DNA from: Verrucomicrobiales bacterium
GTDB lineage: Bacteria > Verrucomicrobiota > Verrucomicrobiia > Verrucomicrobiales > V1-33
Reading direction: 5' to 3'
DNA: 64,000 bases
NCBI GenBank assembly: GCA_046155625.1
Contig: JBJXFS010000359.1
Coordinates: forward strand, 35,767-99,766
The notes beneath the pieces are model-generated. The model was not told the origin of the DNA. It worked only from the letters and a program-made list of their open reading frames with translations, and searched no databases. The translations under genes and the position numbers were made by a program. Numbering within the stretch: the stretch's first letter is position 1; every line of letters starts with the position of its first letter. Positions 61,772-64,000 of this stretch are shown here, piece after piece.

Positions 61772-64000
61772 AACCACGATTCATTTCGCTCCTGCTCGCC
61801 GTTTGCTTTTTCACTCCCGCCCTCGAGGGCGAAGAACCAGCGACACTCGGCCCCAGCGCCGAGGACGGTTTCTCGCTCCTTACCCAAGCTTCCCATGCCA
61901 TCGATGCGTACGACTTGGCCGAAGCGGAACGTCTGGCCCGCCTTGGGGTCGAGCAGACGATCATCGAGAACGGCGACGAACATCCTGCCGTGGCCAGCGC
62001 TTTGACGGCTTTGGGGCGGGCTCTCTTCCGCCAGGAACGATTCGAGGAAGCCGTGCCCCACTTTGCCCGCGCCCTGGCCATCGTCGACCGGGCGATGGGC
62101 AAAACCTCGCCGGCGGCTTCCCTGCTGGCGGAAATGGTCATGGAATGCTGGCATCGAGACGGACGGGCCGCCGAGTCACTGGCGGCCGCCGACGATGCCC
62201 TCAGCCGGTTCCGTGAGCAGAACGGCGCGGACGAGATCCGACTGCTCACCGCCCACCGCCGCCGGGGAGAATCCCTGATTGCCCTGGGCCGGGTGGAGGA
62301 AGCGGAGGCCAGTCTAACCGAGGCACTGGGCCGGTCGCATCGCCTCTTCGGGGAATCGCATCCCGGGACTTCGGAAGTCCAAGGGCGGCTCGAAGAATGC
62401 CGGCGTCGCCGGGGAGAGGCCGTGGTGCCGCTTTATGTTGGGCCGTTTGGAAGCCCTCATCGGCTGATCTTTGAGGGAAACGAAACTATTCCACAGGGCG
62501 AACTTCAGAAATCGGTCTTCACGCATCCACCCGTGTTCGCCGCCTCGCATCCGGCAGCGCCCATGGCACTTTACCTCAAGCAACTGGAAACTGCGGTGTC
62601 GGAAGGCTATCGCCACGCCGGGTTCCCCAACCCCGAAGTGACGGTCGAGATCGATGCGACCGCCAATGTGATTCGCCTGCGCCTCGTGGAGGGAAGGCGT
62701 TACCAGTGTGGAAAAGTGATCATCCGAGGCGCCACCGGCATTGATGTCGACGAGCTCACAGCCAACCTCACCACAACTCGCGCTTCCGCCGTGTCGGAAA
62801 AAGCTTTTGAGCGGCTGGAATCATCCATGGCGGGTAACCTCAGCAAGCTCGGCACGGGCGCCTTGGGCAGCGGGGAAAGTCTTCCGACATTCGTGGATCC
62901 GCTGGTGAAAGCCGAGATCAGCGCCGGGCCCGGATCGAAGCCGCCCCCGACGGATGATCAGGCGGCGGTCGCCGAACAAATCGCGACCCTGCAGAAGCAA
63001 CAACTTCCCTTTTCCGGCACCCTTGATCCCGTGTGGATGACGGGCGGGCCGGCCCGGTTCTCCCGCGGGGCGGCCGACGGTCTCCACGGCCGCGTGCGTG
63101 CCCATTTTTTTGAAATCGGACGAGCGCAGACGGAATTCGCCTGCCAAACCGAAGTCAACGAAACGACGGGGACGGTCGACCTGATCATCGAAATCCAGGA
63201 CCAAGGGCCGGCCAGCGTCCTCGGCACCGTGACGGTGACTGGCGCCACCAAAAACTCCGCGGATCAGATCGCGGGACTGGCCGGGTTGGTGTCCGGCAGT
63301 CCGATGAAACGCCAGACGCTCCGCGATGCCACCAAAGCCCTGTGGCAAAGCGGACGGTTTCGCGACTTTAAAGTGTCGGCGCAGAACCGCAGTCCGAAAG
63401 CTCCGGAAATCGATGTCTCGCTGACCGTGGTCGAACTCGAAACGGCACCACCACTGGCGGAGCCCCTGGCCCCCGAACTGCAGGCACTGGTGAAGTGCGC
63501 CGCATTTCTTTCCTCTCCCGATCAATGGAACGGAGATCTCGTTGTAGAGTGGAAACCGAAAGCCGAGAAACCGCGCAATGGCGGGACACGCAAAGGCGTG
63601 ACCTCGACCGTGGTTCAAGCCGCCTATTCATCCGGCGGAGACATCGTGTTGAGTGCGGCTTCGCCTGGCCCTCCGCGCCAAGGGTTTCTTCTGACCCTGC
63701 ACGATCGCTCGATCGATTTGGTGTCCAGCTCACCGGAGCCGCATCTGGCCTTGAGAACCTCGCTGCCCAAAACTGGCGGGGGGATGATTCACTTTGGCAT
63801 GATCCCTGGCCTCACCCCAGGCAGCGAGTCAAGCCTCCAATTTGGCGCGGGTTTCAGTTCTGCGATGGAAGAAGCCTCGCTTCGCCTGGAAATCGCCGTA
63901 CCTCCCGCGTTTTTCCTGGAAAAAGGCTTGCGCTCGAAGCTGCGCACTTCGCGGCGACGCGGTCAAATGACCTTGGTAAGCGACACTCTCGGCCGGCTCC
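61768..64000 (+). CDS. TPR + POTRA-domain outer-membrane (Omp85/BamA-TamA-like) protein, 3'-partial (runs off the window)
   Basis: Hand translation in this frame is open from ATG 61768 (ATGA overlap with the kinase stop) to 64000. It begins MKPRFISLLLAVCFFTPALEGEEP... (signal). TPR-like helices follow (..EEAVPHFARALAIVDRAMG.., ..GRVEEAEASLTEALGRSHRLFGESHP..). POTRA-like units follow (..RLIFEGNETIPQGELQKSV.. and ..VTVTGATKNSADQIAGLAGLVSGSPMKRQTLRDATKALWQSGRFRDFKV..). It is absent from the ORF track because it has no stop in the window. Confidence 0.7.
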   Translation, partial: MKPRFISLLLAVCFFTPALEGEEPATLGPSAEDGFSLLTQASHAIDAYDLAEAERLARLGVEQTIIENGDEHPAVASALTALGRALFRQERFEEAVPHFARALAIVDRAMGKTSPAASLLAEMVMECWHRDGRAAESLAAADDALSRFREQNGADEIRLLTAHRRRGESLIALGRVEEAEASLTEALGRSHRLFGESHPGTSEVQGRLEECRRRRGEAVVPLYVGPFGSPHRLIFEGNETIPQGELQKSVFTHPPVFAASHPAAPMALYLKQLETAVSEGYRHAGFPNPEVTVEIDATANVIRLRLVEGRRYQCGKVIIRGATGIDVDELTANLTTTRASAVSEKAFERLESSMAGNLSKLGTGALGSGESLPTFVDPLVKAEISAGPGSKPPPTDDQAAVAEQIATLQKQQLPFSGTLDPVWMTGGPARFSRGAADGLHGRVRAHFFEIGRAQTEFACQTEVNETTGTVDLIIEIQDQGPASVLGTVTVTGATKNSADQIAGLAGLVSGSPMKRQTLRDATKALWQSGRFRDFKVSAQNRSPKAPEIDVSLTVVELETAPPLAEPLAPELQALVKCAAFLSSPDQWNGDLVVEWKPKAEKPRNGGTRKGVTSTVVQAAYSSGGDIVLSAASPGPPRQGFLLTLHDRSIDLVSSSPEPHLALRTSLPKTGGGMIHFGMIPGLTPGSESSLQFGAGFSSAMEEASLRLEIAVPPAFFLEKGLRSKLRTSRRRGQMTLVSDTLGRL

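Noticed and set aside
61590-62216. 208-aa ORF listed in the track at the kinase/POTRA junction
   Set aside because: It is off-frame relative to both the kinase 3' end and the stop-free TPR-POTRA frame, and has an Arg/Pro-rich shadow composition.

Overview
High-GC chromosomal segment whose gene content points to the PVC superphylum, most likely Verrucomicrobiota. This placement is an inference from the PSCyt1/DUF1549-DUF1553/DUF1501 families, the long-form PstC/PstA and an ECF sigma paired with a Ser/Thr kinase. About 40 CDS are supportable. Most long antisense ORFs in the track are high-GC shadow frames. I saw no rRNA, tRNA, CRISPR array or intact mobile element. Layout: (1) 244-13178, a tightly coupled 8-gene operon: UbiA-like prenyltransferase, two ATP-grasp/swivel-His dikinase-like proteins, a class-III transaminase fused to an acyl-ACP-reductase-like domain, an NTF2-like protein, a BtaA-like DUF3419 protein, a GNAT and an adenylating enzyme. 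I do not recognise this combination as a characterised pathway, and it is my best candidate for an undescribed system (fatty-amine or aminolipid-type product). (2) HEAT-repeat gene and a truncated nucleotidyltransferase bracketed by direct repeats. (3) Housekeeping block: pgk, Gfo/Idh/MocA oxidoreductase, class-V aminotransferase, lactate permease. (4) phoU and pstSCABB with Pho-box-like repeats. (5) MBL hydrolase and Zn-alcohol dehydrogenase. (6) A four-gene PVC-type operon of unknown function: PSCyt1-WD40, DUF1549/DUF1553, DUF1501, 2xPPC. (7) wHTH regulator, selO and a small partner gene. (8) A ~1600-aa triple-modular BNR-propeller/cadherin-like surface protein and a propeller-like gene, each preceded by the same ~70-nt element. 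(9) Aminopeptidase, gatB, NUDIX. (10) Signalling block: PAS histidine kinase, receiver, ECF sigma, Ser/Thr kinase-FGE-ankyrin giant, and an open-ended TPR-POTRA gene that is absent from the ORF track. Intergenic regions carry several dispersed or tandem repeat families, a MITE-like IS30 remnant and one hairpin-dense candidate ncRNA region.
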